A DNA stretch of 64,000 bases from an uncultured Planctomycetota bacterium (GCA_963845755.1 CAWJTV010000011.1:128001-192000); one strand, 5' to 3'. Positions 1 through 13,054 are shown, numbered from the stretch's first letter. Numbers and translations: made by a program. The notes: generated by a model from the sequence alone, not told the origin.

Positions 1-235
1 TCTCGAGGTGACTGGGCCCCCCGTGCATGAAAAGGTAGATGATCCGCGTCGCCTTCGCCGGGAAGTGCGGAGGCCGCGGCGCCATCGGGCTGCGCGGGGC
101 CGCGGCGCGTGCCGGCTCCTGTTCCAGCAGCCAGGCGGCGGCAATCGCTCCGAAGCCGCCTCCCGTCTGGCGGAGGAATGACCTCCGCGTCCCGACGGGC
201 TCTGCCAGCCTCGATTCCTTCAAAGAATCGGACAT
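1..235 (-). CDS. DUF1501-family protein, N-terminal part (runs off window edge)
   Basis: Manual translation from ATG at 235: MSDSLKESRLAEPVGTRRSFLRQTGGGFGAIAAAWLL...PHFPAKATRIIYLFMHGGPSHLE. Twin-arginine signal plus the typical DUF1501 'IYLFMxGGPSHLE' motif. Not in the ORF track. Confidence 0.85.
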   Translation of the reverse strand, partial: MSDSLKESRLAEPVGTRRSFLRQTGGGFGAIAAAWLLEQEPARAAAPRSPMAPRPPHFPAKATRIIYLFMHGGPSHLE

Positions 236-437
236 TTCCAAGACCCTCGCTGAAGACGGGCCAATCGGGAAGCGTAGCTTTCCCGCCTCATCCTCATGAT
301 AATCGGAGATTGGCTCTCCATCCACCACATAGGACCGAGTTCCGTCGCCCACGACCGTCTCGTGAATCGGAATCCTGTGAGTCAGACGGGACACCGGCTG
401 CTTGAACCCTTCGCTTTATCGACCGGAGGTACCGACC

Positions 438-1076
438 ATGTCCGATCCGATTTCACGCCGCGCGTTCAGCTCCGCGACCGCGGGGTTGGCCCTCGGCTCT
501 GCGACCCACCTCGCGTCGGCCGATGACGCGCCGAAAGGCCAGCCACCCGTGACCCCCAGCCATCCTACGGAGGCCCCCTTCGAGCGGACTTATTCGCCGC
601 CGGGATTCAAACCGTCGTGGAAGAAGCCACAGCTCAACCGCCTGCTCGTGCAGGACTTCGTCATCTTCGCCCACTCCGATCTTGACATGGTGAAGAAGTT
701 GCTGGACCTGGAGCCCACCCTACTCAACGCGACGATGGACTGGGGTCACGGAGACTGGGAAACCGGCCTTGGCGGGGCCTCTCACATGGGGCGGCACGAC
801 ATCGTCGAGTTCTTGCTCGATCGCGGGGCGCACATTGATATTTTCTGCGCGGCGATGATGGGCCAGCTCGATGCTGTCAAGTCGTTCCTCACCCTCCAGC
901 CCAAGCTGATCGACGCGAAAGGCCCGCATGGTTTCACCCTCCACTTCCATGCCCAGGTTGGCGGCGAAATCGCTGAACCTGTGCTGGCGTACCTTCAGTC
1001 GATCAAGCGGCTGGAATTGAAGCCGGTCCCTTTCCTGAAGAAGTCGTCCGGCGCCGCAGCCAAGCCGTCAAGGTGA
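438..1076 (+). CDS. Tat-exported ankyrin-repeat protein
   Basis: GGAGGT RBS before ATG 438; SRRAFS Tat-like motif; 'ETGLGGASHMGRHDIVEFLLDRGA' and 'GFTLHFHA' ankyrin-like repeats. Confidence 0.75.
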   Translation: MSDPISRRAFSSATAGLALGSATHLASADDAPKGQPPVTPSHPTEAPFERTYSPPGFKPSWKKPQLNRLLVQDFVIFAHSDLDMVKKLLDLEPTLLNATMDWGHGDWETGLGGASHMGRHDIVEFLLDRGAHIDIFCAAMMGQLDAVKSFLTLQPKLIDAKGPHGFTLHFHAQVGGEIAEPVLAYLQSIKRLELKPVPFLKKSSGAAAKPSR

Positions 1077-1315
1077 GAGGACTGCCGGTTTCGAGAATCC
1101 TCCGCAATCGAGAATCTCGAATCCGGTCAAGTCCGGCGTAGGAAACGCCGATGGTAAAAGATGAGTGGGAATCTCGCGCGGCGGGCCGCCCGCCATGTGT
1201 ACGAGTCGGGTTCCGGGGTTGACAGTCGAGTCAGTTCGATTAAAGTCGCCCGCAGTTCATCTCAGTTCCCGATCGCGGCCCGTCCGTGCGTTTGTCATCG
1301 ACCACGAAATCCGCC

Positions 1316-2201
1316 ATGGGATCGCTCCATCATCCCGTTCTTGTCGATGAGGTCGTGGGCTGGCTGGCGCCCCGCGATGGGGCGATCCTCGTCGAACGGG
1401 ACGGTCGGCGGCGGCGGCCATGCCGCGGCGCTTTCGCGTCGGGTTGGGTCGAGCGGGCGGGTCATCGGGCTGGATCGGGATCCAGCAATGTTGGCCCTGG
1501 CTGGTGAGGCGGTCCACGAGTTGCCGGTGACCCTCGTTCACGCGCCCTACCGCGAGCTGCCCAGGGTCGTCGAAGAACTGGGGATCGACCGGGTTCAGGG
1601 GGTGCTTTTGGACTTGGGCCTTTCGTCGGATCAGCTCGCCTGGGAGGACCGGGGTTTCAGCTTCGTCGCCGACGGGCCGCTCGACATGCGGTTCGACCCG
1701 CACTCGGGAGGCCCGACGGCCGCCGATCTGCTCAATCGCCTTTCGGCCGAGAACCTGGCAAACCTGTTCTACGAATTCGGGGAGGAACGATTCAGCCGGC
1801 GGATCGCGCCCGGATCGTGGAGGCGAGGCAGGGGGGCGCGATCCGCACCACCGGCCAACTGGCGGACCTGGTCCGCCGAAGCGTACCAGGTCGGAACCGG
1901 CATGGGCCGATCGACCCATCGACTCGCGTCTTCCAGGCGCTTCGGATCGCGGTCAACGACGAGCTCGATCAGCTCGACGCCGCGCTGAAAGCCATACCCG
2001 ATGTCCTGGCTGCGGGTGGACGGGCCGCGATCATCAGCTTCCACTCTCTGGAAGACCGACGCGTCAAGTGGGCGTTCAAGACGGATCCCAGGCTGACCGT
2101 GCTGACCAAGAAACCCGTGACCGCGACGGTCCAGGAAGTGACCGTCAACCCCCAAGCGCGTCAGCGCCAAACTAAGGGTGGCTGAGCGATGTCCGAATTG
2201 A
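1316..2201 (+). CDS. rsmH: 16S rRNA m4C1402 methyltransferase RsmH (three apparent sequencing frameshifts)
   Basis: [83 protein letters not shown] and SAKLRVAER, spread over frames. Confidence 0.93.
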
Positions 2202-5109
2202 TCTCGAATCCGACGTTGGTGCCCGAGCCGGAGGCCGTGGACTCCGTGCATCTCCCCGCGGATACCGGCCCGGCCGAGTCGGCACCCACCAAAGTCGTCG
2301 TCCGTTACCGTGCCAATGCCGATTCCTCGGATTCCCGCGACACTCTCGAGGAGCAGGCGGATCCCAACGGACCCGAGATCCCTTCGGCGCCGGATCGCGA
2401 TTTCGGCGCACACCGGCGTCGAGCGCGTGCCCTGGCCCGCGTTCTGGCCAGCAGCCTCGGCACCATCACGAAGGCCGGGATCCACGGAGCCCTTCGCTAT
2501 CCCCGATCAACAGCCGTGGCGGCCCTCTCCCTGCTGATCCTCGGCGCCATCCTTCGCACACAGCCCGACAAGCCAACGCCGAAGGCACAGATTGACCAAA
2601 GACCGTCGGCCATCTCGTCCGCCGAAAAAAAGGGGACTGGGGAGAATAATGAGCCGGCGTCGAATGTAAGGCCGATCGTGGACAACGACGTTCCTTTGAA
2701 CACGGATACCGGGAAGAACCCGGCGAAGGAAAACGGTCAGCCGCCGGCCTCACCCCCGAATTCGGCCTCCAGTCCACTGCCGCCCCTCCCGGTTGATGCG
2801 GTGGCTCAAGGACAAACCCAGCCTCCCGAGAATCCAGGAACCGAAAACGGACCCGTGGCCGGAAACGCGGTACCCGCCCCGCGCCTCCACACCTGGCCGA
2901 GCAGGGCGACGCCACCATTTTGACCCCCGCGCTTCCGGACTCGGCCCCCGCACCGTCACCTTCGAGCGCATCATCTCCGACCCCGACAGAGTCCGCGCCG
3001 CACCCCGGCACGACGAATTCAACCGTCTCGAAGTCGGGGCCGGAGTCGCCGGCGCCCGCCCCATCATCCGACGAAACGCTCCCGACCTCCCTGGCAGAAT
3101 TGCCGTCCGCTCCGTCGTCTCCCGTTTCACCGCCGAATCTGACGACCCATCCACCAGCCGATCCAATACTACCTCCCGTCGGAGAGGACCTCACCCTGAC
3201 GAGCGGGGAGAAGAGTGTGGGTTCACCGTCGAGTCCCTCAACCTCATCTGGGACCGTCGATAAGCCGTCTGACCCCGCCAAAGGATCGGCCGCGAGTCCC
3301 AGTCCAGGTCCCGTTGTGCCCAAGACCGCTGCATCGAAACCCGAGGAAACGAAGACGGAAACCATCCAGAAACCATCAGAGTCCCAGGGCTCGATCGCAG
3401 AACGGCCAACGACCCAGCCCGATTCACCCAAGTCGAACGTCCCGGTCTCCCAACCGCCCACACCGAAGCCTGACCAACCCACAGACCCCTCGACATCCGG
3501 ACCCGAGATTCCAGGATCCGCGCCACCCCAGCCACAGGTTCCCCCTCCCGCACCCGGACAATCCGGGCCTGGCGAGACCACAGGTCCCGAACTCCCCAAG
3601 GTCGAGGCCCCCGCGACGACGCCCGAGACATCCAATACCGGACCGATCACACCTCCTGCGACGGCCACGGTTCAGGACCTGAAGCCAGAGTCCGGGCCGG
3701 CCAGCCCCGATACCAAACTCGAGCCCGCCGGCCCGCTGCCTCCCCAGACAATTCCCCAACCGGAGGGCCCTAAACCTCAGATCGCGCCTGGGGCCGAGAC
3801 GGTGCAGCCTGGCACCCTGAAGGTGGAAGACTTGACGCCTGTCACGACGGCGATGCCACCTCGACCGCAGGGGACGGTGGACGAGCCAAAGGCCCGCGCA
3901 CCGGAGGCGGCGAGCTCCCCATTGAAGGTTGGGGAGGCCCCGAATCAATCCGGCATTTCAGGCCCGCATCCGGTATCCGAACCACCTGGGCCGAGGAGCC
4001 AGGACATGGCTCCCCGGAACGAGCCTGTTCTGACAAAGCCGGATGAAACCAATCCAGTGACAGCTCGCTCATCAGCCAGTCCGCTCCAGGACGAGTCGGT
4101 TGCAAAGAGGGTGCGGCTCCCCAATACCGGCAAGCTCTCGGCCGCGGGCGCGATAGGGGACCGATTCGATCCGGTCGGAGGGGTCGCCGGCACCGTGGCC
4201 GAGCCAATCCGCGACGCGAGCGCTCATGCCGACAAGGACCTGAGCTTCGATGTCGAATCGCCTCATGAACGCCCAAGCAATCGTACAAGTCCGGGATCGG
4301 ATCAGGCCGAAGATCGCCCGCCACCGCGACCGGCCAGCTCCAAACCGTCCGCCGGTTCCCGGCTGCCAAACGAGCCCCGCGCCGAAGCGGTCTCACCCCG
4401 AGTCGAGGCCGTACCCCACATCGTCGAGCGCGGCGAGAACTTCTGGACGATCTCGCGGTTGTACTACAACAACGGACGCTATTATCGCGCGCTCTGGAAA
4501 GCGAACGACCAGAGAGTCCCCAAGATCGACGAGTTGCCCGTCAATCAAGTGATCGTGATCCCGCCCGTCGAAGATCTCGACCCGGCTTACATCGACCCGC
4601 CGCGCGTTCGATCGGCTCTCGGTGGAATGAACCGGGGAGCGCCTGGTGCGAGGGTCGCGACATCGGCTCCGGTGGCCGGGCGACCCGAGTCGCTCCCGAC
4701 GACGAGGACGGCCCCGTCATCGAGGTTTGCTTCGATCCGTGGCATCCCGACGAGCCGTTCCGATCGGACCGATGCGGTACTCGAGCTACCCATCGGGGAT
4801 ACCGGCTCCCCCCGACGCCGTGGCAGCCGCCAGGTCGGCGACGAGACCCATGACGACGGGACGGAGACGCGCATGACCGCACGGCCCCGCGCCTCTGCCC
4901 CCGTCAGCCGGCCGGTCTACAAGGTGCGCCGTTATGACACCCTGCGCTCGATCGCCCGCGATACCCTCGGAGATCCGCGCCGCGCCGATGAGATCCTCGA
5001 TCTCAATCGCGACATCATCGACGACCCAACTCAACTGATTTCCGGTCAACGCATCGAATTACCGGAAGATGCTGATACCCGTCGCATAACCATCCGAGAT
5101 CGATACTGA
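2189..5109 (+). CDS. Membrane-anchored Pro/Ser/Thr-rich protein with two LysM domains (frameshift near 2890)
   Basis: Hydrophobic helix AVAALSLLILGAIL; long low-complexity linker; LysM motifs HIVERGENFWTISRLYY and YKVRRYDTLRSIARDTLGD..EILDLN..LISGQRIELP. Confidence 0.8.
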
Positions 5110-5437
5110 CACACTGCGACGGCTGAACCCAAACCCCCGCGCACCGCGGCGCCGCCTTCAGAATTCGCGCCGATCTCCACCGCGTCATTCGGCACGCCCA
5201 GTTCGATGGCTGCGGCGTCCGCCCATCCAGATTCGGAGCCGACGCTTCCCTCGTGGAAGCGTCAAAGCTCGTCCTCCGTGTGTCAGAATCTTGCATCCCG
5301 CCCCTGCCGCGTTTACTCTCGGGGCTTCCTCCTTGTGCTCTCTCCTTCGTCAGAGCCCCTAAAAAGGGGGCTGGCTTCGAAGACCCGGAGCCAGTCCCCC
5401 TTTCGTTAGCGACTCTTATTCTTCCTCGGATGGTCCC

Positions 5438-7779
5438 ATGTGGTTGCGCACCGTGAGTCTGACGGCGATTGTGATCGTCTTCCTGGGGAGGCTGGACAGC
5501 GCGGTGGTCGGGGCGGAAGAGTTCGGCCCCCCGTTGCCCGGTACGAAACCCTTGACCATGACCGGCGATATCGCCAGTGAGCTGGTGGCGGGTGTCAACC
5601 GGTTCCTCTTGAAACAAATCGATGCGTCGACCGCGAAACGAGCGGCGTACTGGAAGCGGGATTTCACCTCTTCCCAGGCGTATCAAGCCTCGGTCGAGCC
5701 CAACCGCAAGCGGTTGGCCCACATACTGGGAGTTCGCGAACCACGGACGGCTACTCGAAAGGAAGTGGTCGATCCGGCGATTCTGGCGGCGCCTGGCCAG
5801 GGGACCCAAGTGGTGAGCTTGACCTGGCCGGCCTTCGGCGACGTGACCGGCGAGGGATTGCTCGCCGTCCCCAAGGGCCCGTCCACCATCGACCTCAACA
5901 TCATCGTGATCCCCGACGCCGACCAGTCGCCCGAACAGCTCATGGGCGTCGTCCCCGGTGTGCCGCCCGCTTCGCAGGTTGCCCGCAGGTTGGCCGAAAG
6001 CGGCTGCACCGTGGTCGTTCCCGCGCTGATCGATCGAACCGTGGCTCCTCGCAACGGCCGGGCCAAACTCACAAATCGGGAATTCCTCTACCGCTCGGCC
6101 TTCGAGTTAGGTCAACACCTGATCGGCTACGAGGTCCAGAAGGTGCTGGCGCTCGTCGACCTCCTGAGCCGACCCGACACGGCCAACGGCGGCTCCGCGA
6201 GCAAAAAGAAGATCGGCGTCTTCGGCTATGGTGAAGGGGCCGAGATCGCGCTGTTTGCCGCAGCACTCGACCCGAGGATCGACGCCGTCTGTGTCAGCGG
6301 CTACTTCGACGACCGCAACGACGTCTGGCGACAGCCCGTCAACCGCAATGTCTTCGGGCTGCTCGAGCAGTTCGGCGACGCCGAGGTCGCCTCGTTAGTC
6401 GCGCCTCGGCCGTTGATCGTCGAGGCGAGCAGGGGCCCTGAATACCTCATCCCCACAGGGACCGGCGGCGCGCCGGGCGCCTGGTCACTCCGAAGCTTGA
6501 AACCGTCAAGGCCGAGGTTGAACGTGCGCGCCATCTTATCGCGGACCTGAAACCCACTCTTCAGATCGATCTTGTTACGAGCGGATCTGACGGAAACGGT
6601 CCTTTTGGGACTGAAGAGGCGCTTCAGAAACTCCTGGAAGCGTTGAAACCCGGCGCCAACCTCTCCGTTCGCGAAACGCCGTCTGTTCGATTCGACCAGA
6701 TTCCCCTGGGTCACACAAAAAGTCGCCAGGAGCGACAGCTTCATGAACTCGACCGTCATAACCAGCAGCTTCTGGTGGAAAGTCCCGACGTACGCCGTGA
6801 GTTCATGAAGAAGCTCGATACGAGCTCGATCGACGCCTACACGAAATCCGTCGAACCCTACCGGGCTTTCTTCGCGAATGAGGTCATCGGCCGGTTCGAC
6901 CTCGAGCGGATGCCTCCCAACATCCGCTCGCGCCGGATCTATGAGGAGTCGAAGTTCACGGGCTATGAGGTGGTGATGGACGTCTTCCCCGAGGTCATCG
7001 CCTACGGCATCCTGCTCCTCCCCAAGGGGATCAATGCGGGCGAGCGGCGGCCCGTGGTCGTCTGCCAGCATGGCCTGGAGGGGCGGCCGCGCGATATCGC
7101 CGATCCCCAGGTTGATAATCCGGCCTATCACCGTTTCGCCGTCCGTCTGGCTGAAGAAGGTTTCATCACATTTTCGCCTCAGAACCTCTACATCTTTCAG
7201 GACCGATTCCGAACACTCCAGCGCAAAGCCAATCCCTTGAAAAAGACGTTGTTCTCCGTGATCGTGCCCCAGCATCAGCAGATTACCGACTGGCTCAAGA
7301 CGCTGCCGGCCGTCGACCCGGCGCGCATTGCCTTCTACGGGCTCAGCTATGGGGGCAAGTCGGCGATGCGAATCCCGCCGCTGGTCGAGAATTATTGCCT
7401 GTCGATCTGTTCGGCCGATTTCAACGAATGGGTCTGGAAGAACGCCTCGACGCAGAGCCTGTATAGCTACGTCTGGGGCGGCGAATACGAGATCTTCGAG
7501 TTCGACCTGGGAAGCACGTTCAATTACGCCGAGATGGCGGCCTTGATCGCTCCCCGACCGTTCATGGTCGAGCGGGGCCATTTCGACGGCGTCGCGCCCG
7601 ATGAGACGGTCGCATACGAATTCGCCAAAGCGTATCACCTCTATCACGCCCGGCTGGGAATCGGGGATCGCTGCCGGATCGAGTTCTTCGTCGGTCCCCA
7701 CACCATCAACGGGAAGGGCACGTTCGCCTTCCTGCGCGAGCACCTGCGCTGGGCCGAAACGCGCGAGAATCGACAATAA
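5438..7779 (+). CDS. Secreted double alpha/beta-hydrolase (dienelactone hydrolase / esterase-like), frameshift near 6480
   Basis: Signal peptide; degenerate first nucleophile site GYGEGA; second domain with VVCQHGLEG and AFYGLSYGG (GxSxG). Confidence 0.8.
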
Positions 7780-7830
7780 AATCGACATTAATAAACTCCA
7801 GCGACTCCACTTTCCGGAGCTGATCCGCGT

Positions 7831-9728
7831 TCATCCGCCGGCGCCCGCCATGGCCGAGGTCTGCTGGCGATGGGTCTCGGCATAACGGCCACCTCGCGCG
7901 ATCAGGTCGGCGTGAATCCCCTGCTCGACAATCCTCCCGGCTTCGAGGACGACGATCCAATCGGTGCCGCGAACCGAGGCGACTTTGTGCGAAACGATCA
8001 CAAAAGTTCGCCCCGGAAGACTGCGATCGAGAGCCTGCTGGATGCGGGATTCGGTCTCGGAATCCAGGGCGCTGGTGCAGTCGTCCAGGAGCAGGACGGT
8101 TGGCTGGGCCACGACCGCGCGGGCCAAGGCAAGCCGTTGCCGCTGGCCGCCGGAGAGCGAATAGCCTCGCTCGCCGACAGGGGTATCCAGTCCAGCGGCC
8201 AGGGAGGCGACCGTGTCGGCGAAATCGGCGATCCGAAGCGCTTCCCACATGTGGGCGTCCGTCGCCTCGGGATTGGCGTAGAGCAGATTCGTCCGTATCG
8301 TCCCCTCGAAGAGGAGGGCTTGCTGGGGCACCAGCGCCACGGCCCGCCTGAGATCGGCCAGCTTGACCGCGCGAACGTCTCTGCCATCGAAGCAAACCGC
8401 ACCCCAGGGCCTCCCATGGACGTCGATCCCCTCGGGGACATCATAGAGTCGTGGGACCAAGGCCAGGAGAGTCGACTTGCCAGCACCACTGGCGCCCAGG
8501 ACGCCGAGACGCATCCCCGGCTCGATCCGCAGGTCGATATCGACCAGCACCTTGGCGCCCTCGGGCGAGTACGCGAACGAGACACCGCGATACTCGACCA
8601 TCCCGCGCGGGGCGACGATTGAGGCGGCGCCGGGGCGGTCGCGTACCGGCTCCGGCTCATCGAAGATCTCGTAGAGCCGCTCGACCGATACCTGGGTCGC
8701 CAGGGCGGTCGCCTGGAACTGCGTCAGCCGGACGATGGGCTGATAGAGCTGGCCCACCAGCGCATAGATCGCCAGCAACTCACCGACGGTCAGCAGGCCG
8801 CGGCCGACCAAGAGGATGCCGTAAGCGATGACGAACACGGTCCCGAGCCCACTGATCAGGGCCGCCAGCGCCCCCAGGGCCGCCGCGGTGCGCGTGTTGT
8901 CCCAGCTCAAGTCGCGGTGACGGTCAATCCGCTCGTCCAGCTCGTTGAGCTCGTCTTCCTCCTTGGCGTAACTCCGCACCACCCGTACGGCCGAAACGCG
9001 CTCGCTCAAGAGGGCATAGAGCGTGGCAACCTGCGCGCGGATCTCGTCGGAGAGCCGGCGCAAGGTCCCGAAGAAAGCCCTCTGGTTGAGGGCATACAGC
9101 GGGACGGCCACCAGGGCAACCAAAGCGAGACGCCACTGGAGCCAGGCGAGTAAGACCGCGATGGCCATCGACAGGATCAAATCGTTGAGCAACTGCAAGA
9201 TGCCGCTCCGGATGAACATCAGGATGCTGCCAACATCGCTGGTGACTCGGGCCATCAGCCTGCCGGTCTGCTGCGCGTCGAAATAGGCCATCGGGAGTCG
9301 CATCAGCTTGCGATGCAACGCCCCGCGCAACGCAACAACCACCTCCTGGCTAATCCGGCCCATCATGGCGGCGATCCGCCACGCCAGCGCCGCACGCGCC
9401 GCATGCAGGACGATCGTGGCGCCAAAGTCGTCGCGATGGCCCGGATGACCGAGGAGCGAGAAGGTCCAGCCGAAACTGCAGCCTGTCCGGAGAGGACCGT
9501 CGTCGGAGATTCGGAGGATCGCGATTGCCCGACAGCCTGGCAATAGGCCACCAGCCGATCGACCACCCAACCTTGCAAGAGGGGGATCGGCAACAACAAG
9601 ACAGACTGGACCAACAACCCCAGCAGGCCCAGCAAGATCAGTTCGCGATACGGACGAAGGAACTCGGCCTCGAATCGGCGTAGGACCGCGGGCGTCAGGA
9701 GTGGAACCCGATCCTTAGTCGAGGTCAT
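7831..9728 (-). CDS. ABC transporter, fused permease/ATP-binding (exporter type), frameshifts near the 5' end
   Basis: TM domain, Walker A GASGAGKST, signature LSGGQRQR, Walker B LLLDDCTSALD, H-loop VSHK. N-terminus MTSTKDRVP...LLGLLGLLVQSVLLLP lies in another frame. Confidence 0.9.
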
Positions 9729-10179
9729 TCGTCCAGAAGCTAGGGGTAAGGGAGCGTCACGATGCGTGACAGAAACCGGGCTCGACAACCAGTCTTCCCC
9801 GCGAGTCAAGCTTCGAGGCTACAATATCGCCCGGAACGGAGGATCCTGGATTCCAACGCGTCTGGCGATCGATCGAGTCGATGGTTAACTCGCGGACGGC
9901 GGCCGAGGATTGCTCAGTATCTGACGAAGGTCTCGCGGCAGGCAAGGGGAAGAGATCGCTCAACCGCGCAGTAAGCCTCTCCGAAAGCCAGGCATACCGG
10001 CTCAGAAAGACAGTGCCTTCGCTGAGACCCTGAGTCTCGCGGTCTGACACCCGCCCGAAAAACACGCACGATTGCATGAATTGAAAGCGTCCCGTCGATT
10101 GCTCTTTCGGGAATACACGTCGCTACCTGGTCAGACCGAGCGGAATTTCTGCGCATTCTTTGAGAAGAGTACTGGACTA

Positions 10180-10345
10180 AAGATCACTAAATGGAGCCTG
10201 AATAGCGGATTTTGGGGGTCATAAACACCAGCCAAAAATTTTTTTGGAAAATTTACAACTCCTTTCTCATTTGTCATTTACGCAGAAAAATCCCGTAAAA
10301 TTCGGAATAGGTGCATTAACGAAATTCAAAACCTGCGGCATCCTG
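10180..10345. promoter_or_regulatory. AT-rich divergent intergenic region upstream of the virion gene cluster
   Basis: Clearly AT-rich against the high-GC background; contains the near-palindrome CCAAAAATTTTTTTGG (~10231-10246); lies between divergent genes. Confidence 0.45.
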
Positions 10346-10369
10346 AGAGTATGAGGTGCGAAGAGGAGA

Positions 10370-11058
10370 GTGAAAACAAGAGGGGCCGCAAGGTCTACGA
10401 CGATGGGGATTGAAAACACGCTGACTGGTGACGTCGGGGCATCAACAGACGAAATGGCCGATCTGGATCGAGGCTACGATCCCGTTTACGGGAATGATGC
10501 CCATTGTCGCCAGGGAAAAGGGAATCGCCGCGTGGAGACATTGCCCCGCACCGACCGGACACTGACGCTGGCGGTGGCGGCTAAAGAGTACATCTGGCTG
10601 TACGATCGTCGTCACGGAATGAGTATCAACGAGATTGCGGCTCGTGAAGGGCTGAACGTCGACCGGGTGAGGTATGGTCTGAAGCGGCGCGGGCCATCGA
10701 CAAGAAAACCTCGCGGGATGTGCAGTCCGGGCCCTGGAATCAGGATGCCGACATTGTTCATGCTCCCCGGTTGATTCCGCTGTTTCCGATCGGGCCCTAC
10801 ACGCCGCAGTTGACCTGCCCACACCGCGAGGCGATCGAGCAAGGCTCGGCTCTGTGTTGCATGGTCTGCCACAATTCCGGCATGGACGCACACCCTTCAC
10901 TGCGCCGCGACCCGCAAACAGAACCCGCACCCGAGCCCCAGGACGAGCCCGCCCCCGACCTCACCTTGCGATTCAAGACCGGCGAGTCGCTTGAGACTCG
11001 CAAACAACGGCGGCGGCGGATGTTTGCCCAGCAAGCCGCGACAGCCCCGAGCCGTTAG
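10370..11058 (+). CDS. HTH DNA-binding protein with C-terminal Cys/His cluster (frameshift near 10690)
   Basis: GMSINEIAAREGLNVDRVRYGLKR HTH-like segment, continuing in another frame with CPH...CCMVCH...H. Confidence 0.6.
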
Positions 11059-11143
11059 AAATGAGCGCGGGGCCGATCACGTCCTTCCTGATTCCTCCAC
11101 GACTGGCCGCAAGCTCCTTGATCTTCCATCGAGGTATTCGACG

Positions 11144-11590
11144 ATGCCGTTCCAAGCGATTTGGGCCGCGATCCCGAGCCGGCGCACGCTCTTAACCATC
11201 GTGATTTCGAGCCTGCTGGGAGGGGGTCTGGCATTGGGTATCTCGACCTGGTTGGGCTCGCCCATCGGGCCGGTTCCAAGCCCCCGGGCACCGCATGATC
11301 CGCGATTCGTGCGCATCGGCCGGACCTATCTCACCGCTCTCGGCAAGACATACGCCTCGGCCTGGGACGAAGGCGCCAAGGGACTCGATAGCGGCCAGAA
11401 CCTCTCCACCGTGCTCAGTGCCGTCGCCAAGACATGGAGCACGAACCGGACCCAACTCTTTGACCAGATGGTCACTCCAGAATTCGGCAAACTGATCCCG
11501 GAGACGAAGAAAGACACCGACGTCACTCCTCAGGAACGTGCCGCCATGGCCGCGGCCTGGCGGGGATTCGCCCTGGGACTCCAGAAGTAA
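11144..11590 (+). CDS. Hypothetical membrane-anchored protein
   Basis: N-terminal hydrophobic helix LLTIVISSLLGGGLALGISTWL followed by a helical soluble domain. Confidence 0.65.
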   Translation: MPFQAIWAAIPSRRTLLTIVISSLLGGGLALGISTWLGSPIGPVPSPRAPHDPRFVRIGRTYLTALGKTYASAWDEGAKGLDSGQNLSTVLSAVAKTWSTNRTQLFDQMVTPEFGKLIPETKKDTDVTPQERAAMAAAWRGFALGLQK

Positions 11591-11776
11591 TTAGCGGGGA
11601 GCCGATCGTCGGGGCGATCACGAACGCCAAGGCCTCGACGGCTCTCGACCGTGTCGAATCACCGACGACGAAGTCGTTGATTCGACGCAACCGGAATCCT
11701 AGCACGCCTCGGCCGAGAGGTCGTCGATCGCTCCGCGCAACCGAGTCTTGCCACCAACCAGTCTGCTGAACATCAC

Positions 11777-12693
11777 ATGACCGAGAGTCTAAAAATGCTT
11801 GATGATGCAGCATGTATGCCCCTTTGTGGTTGGAGGGGTAGTGACGCCATCCAACAGGCCTTCGCCTGCCAGTTCCCAACACTGGTGCAATCTGCTCCGC
11901 ACCTGATGGCAGCACCCGCGCCTACGGAGCCGGTCCTCCTTTTCAAGGCTTGGCGGGATGTTCTGGGCAAAGACCCGGCCTACCCCGCACAACAGATCGG
12001 CGACTGCGTCTCATTTGGCCATGGGCACGGGAACGACCTCCTCCAGTGCATCGAGATCGGCCTGGGTGAGCCGCTCGTATTCCAGGAGACCGATACCGAG
12101 TTTATTTACGGAACCTCTCGCGAGGTCGCCGGCATCCTCGGGCGTCAGGACGGCTCCTATGGCTCGGCGGCCGTGAAGGCGATGATGACGATCGGTATGG
12201 TCAGCCGGAAGATGTTGGGCTCGGACGGGACCTACTCCGGCCAGCGAGCCAAGGATTGGGGATGGCACGGAGCGCCGGCCGCCGTGAAGAGTGAGGCCGC
12301 GCCATTCAAACTGGGCAACGCCGCGCTGGTCTCGACGTGGGATGAACTGGTCGCGGCCGTCCAGAACGGATACCCCGTCACGATCTGCACGGGTCAAGGA
12401 TTTACCCTGACCCGCGATCTTGATGGATTCTGCAATGCCAGGGGAAGTTGGGGCCACTGCATGTTCATCGCGGGTGTCCGCTTCGACCGGCCGGGAGCCT
12501 GCATCGTCCAGAGTTGGGGGCCGGAGTGTCCCACGGGTCCGACCGCGCTGGGCCAGCCCAGCTTCTCGTTCTGGGCCGATCGGCCGGTCATCGAGCGCAT
12601 CCTGGGACAGGGCGATTCCTGGCGCTATCGAAGTCGCCCGCATTCGAGAAGCGAGACCTGCCTCCCGCATGGCGCTACCATGACGCCGCTTGA
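11777..12693 (+). CDS. Papain-like (C1-type) cysteine peptidase (frameshift near the 3' end)
   Basis: QQIGDCVSFG (oxyanion Gln and catalytic Cys), WGHCMFIAG (His), IVQSWG (NSWG-equivalent). Confidence 0.75.
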
Positions 12694-12749
12694 AGCGCCG
12701 CGAGTGGCTCAAGCCTAAATACAGATTTCAAAAATTGAGGATTTACAAT

Positions 12750-12989
12750 ATGTTTACGGCTTTTGTGGCTGCGATCGTGGCCTACCTGGCCAAGAACTGG
12801 CTGACGCTGACCTTGAAGTGTACGCCGTTCGTCGTGCTCCTCGTGTCGGGCTTGGTGCTCTACTTCACCAGTTCGACCGCCACTCGGATCGCGCTGGCCT
12901 GTGCGACGGTATCGGAGTTCGTCGTCGCCGCCATGGCATTCGGAAAGCTGACGTCCATCACGTTGTCGCCATCATCCCCCAAATCCTGA
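12750..12989 (+). CDS. Small multi-TM protein, holin-like
   Basis: 79 aa, almost entirely hydrophobic with about 3 TM segments; next to the peptidase. Confidence 0.5.
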   Translation: MFTAFVAAIVAYLAKNWLTLTLKCTPFVVLLVSGLVLYFTSSTATRIALACATVSEFVVAAMAFGKLTSITLSPSSPKS

Positions 12990-13054
12990 TCTCGAGTCGC
13001 AGGCACATGGATCACACGGGATTCACCGGACCTTAGCCAGCCGAAACCACGATC

